A program made the position numbers and the translations under genes. A stretch of 64,000 nt of DNA from assembly GCA_965235115.1 (NCBI GenBank), contig OZ249439.1, forward strand, positions 31,434,001 through 31,498,000. Direction: 5' to 3'. The notes under the pieces were generated by a model. The model was not told where the DNA came from. It saw only the letters and a program-made list of their open reading frames with translations, and ran no database searches. Below are positions 37,268-50,793 of the stretch, one piece after another. Source of the stretch: Laetmonice hystrix. Its lineage: Eukaryota. Numbering within the stretch: position 1 is the first letter of the stretch; every line of letters begins with the position of its first letter.

Positions 37268-40234
37268 TATATGTCAAATTACTCTGGCTGTCTTGTGCTC
37301 AGATGTATGTGGTTAGTGCCCAGCAAGTACTTCCACGCGGGCGATTTGGCCAGATAATGACTTGTGTCTATTGGTATAACAACCGGTCTAACCGTACATC
37401 TTTTCCTGAGTACTTTCCGGCTTCCGTAGTAAAGAAACTTGTCTAAATAGTTGATATAGTTTAGATATATAGTTGTATATTTTAGATGTCTCTCACCTCA
37501 CCGCCAGACGACGATATAGACATGGTTCAGTCACCGCTTGTTGCTTGACAAAATATTCCATTTGTACCATTGTGTTTTCCTTGAAACATAAGTGCCCACG
37601 GGTCTACAGAATGCCCCGATGATATTTCAAAAGGTGCGTCGAAATGAGCAACATTAGCCCGACCGACACAACCTACACCCCGCAGTCATTATTAGCCCTT
37701 ACCGAGAACCCCACCCACCACGACCACCCCTACCATCACACGCCGCGGGGTGTTATCCGTGTTTCTGCATGGGCCCCTGACCAGTCGACCCTAGGGGTCC
37801 TCTGGTCGGTTGCGTCTCCCCCCAAATACCACATCTAACGTCTGATGGCCAGCAAATCATAATATATATCTGACGGCTACCAGCCTGCCATGATTGGACC
37901 CCACCCCTCCCATGTAACCCCGGGGACGCCAGGGGCACCACCCTGAACCCCGAGGTGAGAGATCGCGGGTTGGCGACAGCGACCTCCGGGGAATAGTTCG
38001 CCAGCGCTGCCTCCATCAACGAAAGCACTTAAGCCAGTTTGCCCTTCGTCGGCGGACAAAAGCGCTGGGCGTTTCTATGAGGACAAACAAAAGGCCAAAG
38101 TCATGTACTGCAACATGGTAGACATCACGCCCCTAAAGACTTCACTCGAGAGAGAGACTGGAGCAGTTGTTAAAAATGGTTCCTACTCCCTAACGAACAA
38201 GGTAGAGACACGGAATATGACACGAGTTTCTGCAGCGCAAGAAATGACCAAAAGAAGTCTCTCCCGCGTCTTTTGAGTAGATTTCTTCTCGCAGAATGCC
38301 GCCATCCGTGATTATTCTTAATGATGAAAACGCCTTCATAATTATGAGAGGAATTAAGTATCAGACGAGATCATAGGTCATGAATAAACAAACCAGGGTA
38401 ATCCCGACTTGAAATAACCTTACTAATAGACCAGGGCTTCCATTTCTTAATGGAGCAATCAAACTCACATTACCTTAATTACAGGCCCCCTCGCTGCTCA
38501 TAATTTCATTAATCTACCATCATCTGAATTATTAAGAAATGTCTCGACTTCATTACAAGAATACAGATCAATGCTGGGTGGAAAGTCCTACAGGTCGCGA
38601 AATGACCCCCACCTCCCGACTTTGAACGTTCATATCTCAATGCCCCCTGAGGTTACAAACTATATGGACAGCCTTTGACACTACTACTTCTCATTTGAAT
38701 GGCAAATTAATTGATGGCGGATTACACTAAGTGCCGTAGCGGTTTGATCAGAGAAAGCCTGTATGACTGACCATGGGGTCTGGATCAGGAAACAGGGCAG
38801 TGAGTTATGATGAGGTCACCTTCCAGCTGCTCTAAGTCTTTAGTAAATGTCGATGGGATGTAGGTCGGATCTGAGTCTGCCTCTGGCGAGGATAAGATGT
38901 GCCTCCTGTCTGACAATAGGGATATACCATAGATCTTTCTACCCCTCCTAGATAATTAATCTACCTCCGAGCCTATTTTCCATTAGGAATATTGCTATTT
39001 TGATAATAAAGAAAGCTGATGTATGGACCTGATGTGACCTTCTAGTTCCGGGATCAAATTGATCAGAAGTTGAAACATTTCTGTACAGATATGTAAACTG
39101 CTTATTTATCATGAGGGTTTTTTTTTATAAAGAAAACAATTCACAAAGTTCTACTTGAGGACTTCATTTTCACATTACCAAATCATCTGGCGGAAAACTG
39201 TATAGCAAACGCATGCGAGAATTCTGTGCAATACTTCCGTCCTATATCAAGTCGATTCTACACTGACAAGGTGCCAAAAAAGAGTTGTTATGAAAAGATT
39301 ATGAGTTTCAAGTTTCTAGCATTATGAAGATCGGCAGCTTGTCGACCCAGGAGTTACAACCTTTTTCAGGAGCTGACGTTTTAGACTTTGTATGCATTTT
39401 TGCACAATAATTTTTTCCTCTTTATTTTCATATTTTTTTTATATGCCCTCTATAGCACCATGTTAGCAGCCAGTGAGAAACTTCTTCCTCCGCGCCTGAA
39501 CGCCTAGCTCGCTTTACTTATAGGTGGTAAATTAGAGCTACCCTAACCAGATATTGATGTGAAGAAGTTGCGATCGTTCCCTGGAGACGGCACATCTCAT
39601 TCCAGCGTGTTTATTAGGGGCCTGCTGTGGTCGGGTGCTCAAAGCATAGGGCAGAGAATACCAATGCCCCAAGATCATTATGCAGAACTTGTGTTATCAC
39701 ACAGCATACTGCCCTCAAATGTCATGAGCTGTAGGAGGCAGGGCGGGAGTGCTGGAGGGAGGGGGGCTCGGGGGCTCGGGAGACCATCTTCATCCAGAAG
39801 TCGAACCATTGTAATTGGCCTGGATGCTGCAAAAAAAGGGAGCTCGGACCATTTCTAAGTCTTCAGACCACTATCACGATTCTGTCCATCTGCAAATTCA
39901 GGACCATTAGTTGTGCTGACATCAGGTCGCTGCCATTAGTGGCTGACTGCCTGCTGGCAAGAAAAGGCATTGGAACTGGGCGTTTGATAGGATTCGGCCG
40001 GTGACCAGGCCTGCTCCGGGGTTCCTATCACCCGGTGGTCAGTCTGGCTGGTGTAAATTAGAATATGTCCACTTCTTTAATGTACTCCAAACCCACTTGC
40101 AGCCGAGTGCTTTCTGTGTCAAGCTTTTTATACTTTCTGCCTTTCATGGTCACGATCCCCAAAAAGTACATAAGAGGATGAGTCCAGTGTCTCATTCTAG
40201 TGTTTTCAGAAATGACTTTCTGTAAGTGTGAGAC

Positions 40235-41312
40235 AGCACCGTGAGGACGGAGCCAGTCTCATCCCACTGGGATCAGACTGAGACATGATTTGTCTGTAGA
40301 ACACCATGAGGACGGAGCCAGTCTCATCCCACTGGGATCAGACTGAGACATGATTTCTCTGTAATAGAACACCATGAGGACGGAGCCAGTCTCATCCCAC
40401 TGGGATCAGACTGAGACATGATTTGTCTGTAATGTGACGACGGAGCCCGTCTCATCCCACTGTGATTAGACTGAGACAGGATTTGTCTGTAATAGAACAC
40501 CATGAGGACGGAGCCAGTCTCATTCCACTGTGATCAGACTGAGACATGATTTGTCTGTAATAGAACACCATGAGGACGGAGCCAGTCTCATCCCACTGTG
40601 ATCAGACATGATTTGTCTGTAATAGAACACCATGAGGACGGAGCCCGTCTCATCCCACTGTGATTAGACTGAGACATGATTTGTCTGTAATAGAACACCA
40701 TGAGGACGGAGCCCGTCTCATCCCACTGTGATCAGACTGAGACATGATTTGTCTGTAATAGAACACCATGGGGACGGAGCCAGTCTCATCCCACTGTGAT
40801 CAGACTGAGACATGATTTGTCTGTAATAGAACACCATGAGAACGGAGCCAGTCTCATCCCACTGGGATCAGACATGATTGTCTGTAATGTGACGACGGAG
40901 CCAGTCTCCTCCCACTGGGATCAGACTGAGACATGATTTGTCTGTAGAACACCATGAGGACGGAGCCCGTCTCATCCCACTGGGATCATACATGATTTGT
41001 CTGTAATAGAACACCATGAGGACGGAGCCAGTCTCATCCCACTGGGACCAGACTGAGACATGATTTGTCTGTAATAGAACACCATGAGGACGGAGCCCGT
41101 CTCATCCCACTGGGACCAGACTGAGACATGATTTGTCTGTAATAGAACACCATGAGGACGGAGCCCGTCTCATCCCACTGGGATCAGACATGATTTGTCT
41201 GTAATAGAACACCATGAGGACGGAGCCAGTCTCATCCCACTGGGACCAGACTGAGACATGATTTGTCTGTAATAGAACACCATGAGGACGGAGCCAGTCT
41301 CATCCCACTGTG
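40235..41312. repeat. Minisatellite, ~68-bp unit, ~16 copies, quasi-palindromic core
   Basis: Unit AGAACACCATGAGGACGGAGCCAGTCTCATCCCACTGGGATCAGACTGAGACATGATTTGTCTGTAAT with recurrent deletion variants. Confidence 0.97.
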
Positions 41313-41720
41313 TAAATTATTATGCCTGTGTCAGTAATATATCCGAATTGTTGCGCTTGTACGGCACGCAGTGTTCGGTCAAAGGTTGTGTGGATATGAT
41401 CAACTTGAAGTTGGCCGTCACTGTCATAATAATAACGCTTCATGTTGGACAAAAAGAGAAAAGAAAACATAATTACATCGGCTCACAGGCGTCAAGGACT
41501 GCACAATGGTCTGTTTCACAGATACAAAAACCTTTTTTTTATTCTCCAACCTTGGACTAGGCACGTTGTTGTCAATAGATAGTACTGATTGGGGAAAAAC
41601 TACCTAGGCACGACATGCTTGTTGTCTGTTTCATTACAGAAATCCATCAGAGTCGTAACGATGCAGTGAGCAGAGCATTCTTCTTTTTCTCTTAATAATG
41701 TCGTTAAGTCAACCATTATA

Positions 41721-41946
41721 CAGTATGTCCCCCAAAAATGATAGTCCGTGTTCCATTGTTAAAAAGAGATACTGGTTGTGATCAGTAATGCATGACCCTG
41801 CCATCACCAAACTTGCTGAGAGTTATCTAGGGGGATCAAACTTTATGTTCAACTTCAACTTCAAAATTCAAAATTCGACAATCCTCTAAAATATCTAAGT
41901 GTATTGCACACCTAAAGTTAGACTATCATTTTTTGGGCACATACTG
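41721..41946. mobile_element. Tc1/mariner-type MITE family A, copy 4
   Basis: TA|CAGTATGTCCCCCAAAAATGATAG ... CTATCATTTTTTGGGCACATACTG|TA. Confidence 0.95.
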
Positions 41947-44900
41947 TAGATACCCCCTCCCGAGAAAGGTTATGGCGTTCCTGTGTTATATCATGCGCCC
42001 GAACCATCCTTGTGCATCGAGTTTACTGTCTAATTAATTCATTAAACCTACGTCTGTGCTTTGGTTAAAAGTAGAGGCCAAGGCTTCAGCAATTCATGAT
42101 TTTGCGAATGAATGCTAACAAATTGATGCCTTATACACGTTCGAGAGGCAACTCTGACGACGGTACATTGCAGAATTGATGGGAAGCGGCATATGAAATA
42201 GCATGTATACGTCCGCTTGGTAGCAAAGTTTAAATTGATATTATCCGGAAACCGTCTTAGCGTTAAGTATATTGCAACCAAGCGGGCAATTTTACACGGC
42301 TCGATAGAATTAGACGGGCGACGGAAAATTGCGTCGGCAGTGGCGTGGCACGCCCCACAGAATGACAGCCAACGCCCTCTGGTGTGCGAACCCGCCAAGT
42401 CGGTATAGGTGGGAGGGGAAGTCGATGGAAGGAGCTATAGCATCCCAGGCCATTGACGACCTGTCGCTGGGTGCCGGGCGGCCGCGCCATATGAAACTTA
42501 TCAAAACATGTTGATAGGCCGGCGTCACCCCTGCCAGGCGGTCGAGGGCTGCCCCCGCCTCGCTGCTTATTGCACCTATCACACCTATTATAATTGCGTT
42601 TGCCCAGATCCCATTTCCACAGCGCTATGATTCTCGTAGCCAATATGCATTTGCTTCCTCGCAATCACACGTGAGACTGTTTCATACAGAGACGCCGAAT
42701 GTATGAAGGGGTTCGGGGTAGGGGTGGGTGAGGTCGAAATCTTCTTCGCGCCAGGGTCGAATAGACTTCCTAATTCCACGAATTGACATGGGGCCTCCTT
42801 GTGATTTCCTACAACCTACTTCCTCGCAAATAGCGATCATTTGCTGAAATTAAATTTTCTAGTAGAGAGTGAGGCGCGTATAATGTGCATTATATCAGCC
42901 GTGAAGAAGTCAATCTCGTTGGACTTGCCCGATCGATAATCGTTGTGAAAAAAAGGAGGAACGTGTGATAAAAAGAGGGGGCTGTCTCTTACTCCATCTG
43001 CTCGCCACCCACATCGACTGCCCCCTCCTCCACCCCTCCCAACCCCCATTCCTTGACGCTGGATTACATTTCGGCATCATTGCCACCAGCTTTCCGATTG
43101 GCTCCAGTCGACCAAGGGCCCAATCAAAAGTATTCCTGACTTGCCGGCGGCCAGCCGTTCTGTAGCCGCCATTAACATTGCTGTAACTCGCCTTCCGAGA
43201 TGCGATACGGCAAGAGGCCGGGCCGAGTGACACTGAGCCCAGACCATCCGATTATTCGCACAGCCCAGGTAGGCAATCGATGCAAGCAGGCATTGATATG
43301 TTACTATTGGTTGCCTTATTGGACTCTGTGAATACAGCACCCCCCCTCCCCTCCCTCCCCCCCTCCCCTCCCCTCCCCCCCCCCACCCCCCTCCCTCCCT
43401 TCGAGCCTGCTCTTGCTGCTGACGCAAAAGGCATGGATTTGACTCAGGGCGCCACTGAAAGCAATGAAGTCTCGCGAGTTCTCGCTGAAGCCTCGTCTTG
43501 ACCTATGTCCCGGTGGATTGAAATTGGCGCTAACTGTGTGAGGTATAATTCGATACATACTCGGCGAATTGCCTCTGGTACTGTTGGCTGTGGTAGGCTG
43601 CTACAGGAACAAAGATCGGCTTGGCTCACGCTGAATGACCACTTCGCTGCCGTTACACAAGGCAAGTAAATACTGCACAGAGTTGGTCAAAGCAATAACC
43701 TTCGTGACACCGAGATGGGAATTAAAAACTCCTACTTTTATATCATTGTCCCTTTTGATATAGACGATATTCTGCTAAGAAAAGCGCGTTTTGAAAATGA
43801 TTATTCTTGTATATGGCAGACAAGATATGGCATAGGATTCAATTATTTCCTCGTGTAATTAAAGCATTAAAGAGTATTAAAACAAAAACAATAACGGATC
43901 CATGCAGAAATGGTGTGTGGGGGGGGGGGGGGGTCTTTCTCTCCTGCTTATTTTCTTCCCATATCACATGTTTATTCAATATCCGTTCACACCAACCCCA
44001 CCACTGGTATTGCCTCGGCTGCGACGATGGATTTCCAGGCTTGGTATTTACATCAACTCAATTTTGGAGAATTCGGATAAGCCGTACTTCGAATAGATAA
44101 AAGTTCGCTTTATTGTGGCAAAAAAGGACTTTGGCATCCGATTTTATGATTAATTGTTCCTGGCATACAATACACCAATCGATTTAATACGACCAATCAT
44201 GTGGCTCCTAATGAATTGTAGAAACTATTTTGATATTGAAGATTGTCTGTTGAGAGTGAAATAAATTCCTGATCGGAATATCAAATTATTAGAATCCCCT
44301 GGACTGTGAAACCAGATGATATGCAAATCCTGCCTCATTGTTGCGATTGTGGATGACGTAACACCCAAAACGGAGTAGACTGAGGCTCGGTGGGTCTACA
44401 GATTAACTCCAGTTTTGCCGTTTTCAAAGTGTTTTTAATCGCCAGACGTGCGCCATTCTGAAAGCTCTAGTTCATGTTTGAAAGCGCCCTGAAATGACGA
44501 GATGGAATTTTTCGAATAATATTTACACTCGGAAATTGTCGATTAAGCACTTGGTTACCTCCTGCTTGTTATCATTTCCTTTGCCAAATGGCTCCACCCC
44601 AACCAGTGCGACTGTCATGACAACCGGCTGCAGTATAGTTGATTTCATTTGTTTTCTACCCCGCCGATAAGTTCCCTTAAGCTGGCGGCTACTGCAGCTT
44701 CTTAGCACACATCATCAACCGTTTTTTATAGAAAATCTGCCCACACGTTCCTCACCATTTCGAGCATTCCAAATCATCATTTTCTTAATCCAATGGAACC
44801 CCCTCCAATAAAGAACTAGATGGTGTTTTTTTAAATTTTGGTTTAATAGAAAAAGATGAGTAATGTAAACAATAACCAGAAGTGAGGTGAATACTAGATC

Positions 44901-45057
44901 TCTCCTTTCGGTGGATACTCAATAAGGAAACCAGTTTGATATCCCATGTAACTGTACCTCAATAAGCAGCAATATTCTGAGCATCCTAGTCTATAAGGTG
45001 TACAGAGTTTTATACTGGCAATAGATCTCAACTTGGCTTAAATATTGAAATTGTTAA

Positions 45058-45400
45058 AGGGAGGGTAAACACACACGGCAAATAAGGTTTCGTAGACCAA
45101 ATGAAACACCAGAATCATCAGAACCGAATGCTGCACACCACGGCATATTGCGTAACAGTACGTGTTACTCTGCTCACAGACCTTGTCTACACGATGTTTG
45201 GAATCCCAATGTTTGTAAACGTCTGAGGTGATGAACACACAAGCAGAGCAAGGTTAGAACCAGCGGCGTCACACATCGGGCAGTTACACGTTAATTACTT
45301 CATTCAGACAACGTAATTGTGGCATGTATTGCCCTGAGGTAAATGCTGGTGTTTCATTTGGTCTACGAAACCTTATTTGCCGTGTGTGTTTACCCTCCCT
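45058..45400. mobile_element. Kolobok-type MITE, 343 bp
   Basis: Perfect 55-bp TIRs (AGGGAGGGTAAACACACACGGCAAATAAGGTTTCGTAGACCAAATGAAACACCAG) flanked by TTAA on both sides. A TTAA TSD with 5'-RR termini fits Kolobok rather than piggyBac (CCY termini). Confidence 0.88.
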
Positions 45401-48400
45401 TTAAGGTGCGTTTTGCTAAAAGTAAGAGATAAAGGAAATGACACTGTTGTATGGGCAACATATACATACGTATTTCATGATAACAATTAACTTCTCTGTT
45501 AAACGTTGTTTGGAGGCAACATCATTGTTCTCTAAGATAACAAAACAGCCAGAAATTACTTCGCCCGCATATATTAAACCTTTCCATACACTACTGACCG
45601 CTATTCATGCGTTCAATGTCCGTATAGACTAATCTGTCCGTTAGGCCATCTCTTTGTCCAAGCAACTATCTCGTAAAGCACTCGCTGGAAGAAATAAAGC
45701 ACCAACGAAATTTGCGTCTGTAGCTATTTTGTAAAGCTAACGACAACAATACACCACAGTTGGAATCTACACGAAGATTGAAAGCTCAATTATACACAAG
45801 GCACCGCACTCTTCCAAGAACTTCTAAACTCGACGCAAAGGGCAAGCGGCATAGCTTGGTATAGATGATCGCCGGAATCCGGCACATCCAATATATGATC
45901 TGTTTAGTGATGACTTGCGCGGAATACAGGAGGAGGGATCAGCGAGACCCCATCTGAAACCGTTTAATAGCACCCAGCAAAGATCGATCGCCGTTGCTCT
46001 GCGGCAATGTAATCAAATGTCTGTGATTTTCAGACAACCGACGATGGAATTTGGGCAGTCGGCTTGCCGCCCGATCAAAGTGTTAACGGATAATGAAGAC
46101 CAATCTATTAGGTTTTCGAAGGGCGCGGCTCATCGAGACAAACTGACGCATTAGATTTACCCGTTAATTGCGTTCAATAATGCGGGGAAATCGGGCAGTA
46201 AAGTAAGTGTAGTTTTGCAAAAGAAAGTCGAATTCATTTGATTGGTTTGCGCCCTATCGTGGATTTATACCTTGGCGGACGCAATCCAATGTCACAGAGA
46301 ATACAAATCAAATGTGCATGATTTATTCATCACCTGATGTGTTGACATACTCAAACATTATGATGAGCGGCAAAACTGTCAATTTCAAATAAGAATTGAG
46401 CAGAATTCAAAGGGCGTGCCACTTTTTGGTTCCTATCTATAAACCGACAAACTATCTCTGTGTCGTATAAAGGGGGTATGTCACATTTATTACCATCCGA
46501 CCGGCAAGATAATAAAATATGTATAAACAATATAAATTCATAAATCGCTTTTTCCGACGCCTTTTTCGCCTGCTAGCTAAATACCAGTGCCATTTTGGAC
46601 TGTTGAAAACATGCTAGGCCATTGCGGCGCCGGATTTTTGTTTAAAGCTTTCGCTATTGAAACTATACCACTATAACATCGTGAGCAGGCCAAGCCCACC
46701 AACCTATTGGACTACTTTGTAACGATCTAATGGCGTGCGGCATGGACAAACCGCGTCTCGTTCCTGATATTGGTTTACTACAGTGTTCCACTGTAATGTA
46801 GTCCTATAAATCACGCCATGGACGTTTGTTTCAGCAGCCTCAAAGCTTTACTGCACACATTCTTCAGACGCGGCTAAGGGCAGAGCACTCAACACGACTC
46901 ATATGTCAATATAAAAGTGTATAATGGCGTAATCATTTAATTACCGATACCGTAATGGACAAATGTAGCGTTTTGGACAGCAGCGTTTGGGTGCAACGTC
47001 CCAGCTTCCAGTCACGTGGTCTGAGCAATCTACCCAGGCCATCGATCGCAATCAGATTATGACATTCTTCCACGGACTACTAAACATGTAAAGTCTTATT
47101 AAAACTATGTACCACACACAGAACTAGTCGATCATCCTGCAGAAAAGGTATGAGTATTCGTTTATCGATTTCATTTAGTTGCTGCTCCATTTGGAATTTA
47201 CAAGCGCTGTGAATATGACGTGATATTCCCGAATCAACCTACATGTAGGTTGGCTTTATCTTCCATCATGTCGGTCGGCATGGCAAGGCGATAAAAACAC
47301 GGGGGACCACGAAACCCCTTTTATCATGAATACTTCATTCGTTCATTGCGTGTAAAGTATGGGGGCAACTGACTGCCAAATAAAATTTTCAAGTATTGTC
47401 GTTCATGGATTTATTGGGGTTTTCCTCACGTGCATACACGTGCACGCAAGGGAAGAGATTATGAGATTCTTAGCCCACTACATTGCCATTACGACCCATG
47501 TATGTGCACACGAACAACCCCCCGCCCCGCCCCGCCCCGCCTTTTCCGACACTCCTGATTTCGTTGCTCTGGAATTGAAAAATTCAAATAGGAAACCAAC
47601 AAAGCCATCAATAATTACTAGATTACAAATGGTTGAGGAGAAGTGCGTCTGCCGTCCATCATGACCACGAGCTGCGGCTGCTATCTGCTTAGAGCACCCG
47701 GCATTGTCTTTTGTTCCGTCGACATTATCTTCTCGGATAGCATCTGTTTATTTGTGACGTACCCAAATATCTGCGGGATGTGTGGACTGCTGGTCGGAGA
47801 CGAACCGTCCTGCTCCGGCGTGGCTATCTTTCCCTCCTAGCACTTCCCACACTCGTGCCACACGCTACTGGCTAACCACAAGTCGGGACAGAGGCATGGC
47901 ATATTAATAACATCTTGCATACTTAACAACGAGGTGTGTCAGTTAAAGGCCGGGGATAAGAAGAATTTTCCTGCACCTCAAATGGATAATTTCAAACCTG
48001 ATAGAAAATGTCTATTTTTTCCTGGTCTCTGTTGGGAACATGTGATATTTAACATTTATAGAGCTTTGATAAAAACCCACCACTTTTCCTGTCTGCATGG
48101 CCTCATTTGGGATATTTCATACATTCGATTTTACGACAATTGTACCAGAGCATGGCACATGATGCGATCACCTCTTCGTTTGAGACCAAGACCTATAAAT
48201 GGAAACCACATACCTCAGAGGGGAAAGGACTAATTGGCGAAGACCGCTTACCCAATTAAGTGTAGGAGACGTGTAGCCTGGCTTACCCAGAGTGGTTTCT
48301 TGTTACTGGCGCATTATTTCACGAGTAACATATCACCTTCGTCCCGGGCCCGATTCGCATTAGTGGAACACCAGAACGCCAGGTACACCTCCACGAATAT

Positions 48401-48669
48401 TCTTTTAAAGCGTATTGAATGGCGCTACAAGCGACAGTTACATCAAAGGCAATCTCGTTATCCTTCACCTCCCAGTGCCCATTCTGCGTCCTGCATGACA
48501 TTCCTCCTCTTTTGTGTCAATACTGTCCCTGTCATCTGTGAGACAACTGCCAAGTCAAACTCTCTGTGCGATGACGTCCCGCCACGACTGGGGGAGAGAG
48601 GGGGAACAGTTCCCGCAGAGAGAGAGGCAGAGAGAAAGAGAGAGACAGAGAGACAGAGAGACAGAGAGA

Positions 48670-48755
48670 AGACGGTCACACGTGCGGCACGTCGCCAAAA
48701 TGGCCAGTGTTGTATACACGCGCGCGTTATTCGACCCGCGCGCGTTATCTTCAAA
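48670..48755. promoter_or_regulatory. CpG-rich motif cluster (E-box, YY1-like, duplicated CGCGCGTTAT)
   Basis: CACGTG at ~48679-48684, CAAAATGGC at 48696-48704, and CGCGCGTTAT twice (48721, 48739), next to a GA-rich tract. Confidence 0.3.
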
Positions 48756-49189
48756 CAGAAGTGATTCGTTTGACAAACTGATCGTCCTTGGACTGCTGTA
48801 TCGGGTACATAATACTCGTCAATCCGTAGAGCCAGTGTTCCGCTTCCGACCTCCTTAGCGGTTTAAACAACACTGTTTGAGTAGTGGCAAGTCGGAAAAA
48901 CTCATTGTGGTTACCTTGCCCATAACCATTTGTTCTAAATCAGGACAGAAATACAACCTGGTCTCTGAGGGACTTTCCTTCACTATAGCTGACTCTTTAC
49001 GGTGGTTTTTACCTCAATGGAATCGACGTCTTCAAAAGTGGCATTTTGTTTACCTTAGAACTCGTCAGTCACAGAGGGCGAGTTCACTATAGGCGCCTAA
49101 CCCAGACTGGCGACGAAAAAACAGGAGGAAAACAGACGGATTGCCTAGTCTAACCAGGTACAATAGGGTCTATTGACATTGGATACTGC

Positions 49190-49570
49190 GGCAAGGCCCT
49201 CGCCAAGTGAACACCATCCCTTATGATATAAATGTGCTACGAGAGAATGCTACCTGGAATAAGGCCTACTTGGCAACCTTCCTCCCTCAGCCGAATGCGG
49301 AACCCAATGTCTCTGTCATCTTGGAGCCTTTACGCCCGGGCCGAGGCTTACATCTCAAAGTAGACCAAACCATATTGATGCCAAAAATGATTTCTTACGG
49401 CGCTTTTAACCGGGCTCATTCAGAACAAAAGTGTCAGAATGTCGGCTTCGATGTCTCTGTCTGCATCGTTGGCGTTGGAAGTTCCATAAGGTCAATTTGA
49501 AGAAATTGTGAGGTTGGATGAGATATTTAAAAAGACCATGTCAGCCCCCGACAAACATGAACAAGAGTAA
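49190..49570 (-). pseudogene. Decayed LINE ORF1 SGNH-esterase domain (CR1/L2-type)
   Basis: One minus-strand frame with stops gives CSCLSGAD..YGTSNAND..ADILTLL..LREEGCQVGLI..HIYIIRDGVHL, echoing the CLPGA / GTND / LY.RDGVHL blocks of LINE ORF1 esterases in order. No search was run. Confidence 0.45.
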
Positions 49571-50793
49571 GATTCGCACGTTCAAAGCTGAATTGCCAAA
49601 TTGTGTGTCGGTAATTAACATTGTGGGTCAAATCAATTATTTTTGATATACTACAGAAATAATTCAAAATAAATGGCCAGCGGTTCTTTCTTTAAGATGA
49701 ACCAGTTATTCTGATCGTTCTTCCTCAACCATTTCTGAAAGACCAAAAGCCAAGGAAACCGATTCATAAAAATTAATTGAACTCTTAAAATGTTCTCATT
49801 TTTCTTCCTTGTCTACTTTTTCGTTCTCCAATTTCGATTTTTCTGTCCCAATGGAAAGTTTTAGCCTCCACAACCGGGAATCCGAGCACGGCTCATTTGC
49901 ATGCATGTAAATACCCACCCATGGGCGACGGGCTAATAAGTGTTGTCAACCGGTATTCCTGATTCCTACCACGAACAAGAGTGCCCTTGTTAAAAGGATT
50001 CCAAGTCAACCAGCTAGGTGCATTTCTTAGACTCCCCCTTTTATCACGCCGACTTCTGGCCAGGAGTGGTAGAAAGACGTGACATACTCGAAGACAAGCG
50101 ACATGACTTTGTGTTTTGGAGCCAAAGGAACCCTTTTCAACTGCCTAGTTCTGACCCTAAGAATTACGGCCCCCCTCCTACATCGATCATGAATTCAATT
50201 TCCTCTTCGGGTCGACACGTAGTGGCTTTCTGGTCGGTCTCTAATGCTGTGGACACGTCCATGGACAACCCCCTTGTATCCGTTGGGGCGTTTCCCATAT
50301 CCAACCCAACAGGTTTGCGTGTTCGCTCGCTGACCAAGGCAATCAGTGGTTCCTCCCTCCCCTCCCCGCCAGCCTTTACTTCACGGACTGAAAGCACGAC
50401 CATACTAATGCTTGTTTTTAAGACTGCTGGCCCATTTATACATAAAAATATCCTTATCACTCAATCTGTCCTTTTTATTACTTCTCAGGATATTAATTGC
50501 CCTCCATTAATAGCAATACAGTTTCCTATTTGCTGTTGCCCACTCTACACGTGTTAATCTAAGTGGTTGGGAACGAATTTTCCCTACTCTCTCAATTAAT
50601 GGACATTGGCCAGAATATATGTGCTCTGCTGTCAACGAATATCATCATATGTAGGAGACTTGGAGTTTTCCGAACAGTGAGCCAAACTATGAGACCATAA
50701 ACAGGATGGTCTCGCGTTTAGTGATCTGTGGTCTTCTTCAATGTTAATTCCCGTGTTCTGTCATACCCAAGACTATACACCACGGGACGCAAT

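Noticed and set aside
38780-38950. Minus-strand SSPEADSDPTYIPST..DLEQLEGD, reminiscent of DNA-transposon accessory regions
   Set aside because: Short and acidic/low-complexity, with no TIRs or catalytic motifs found around it.
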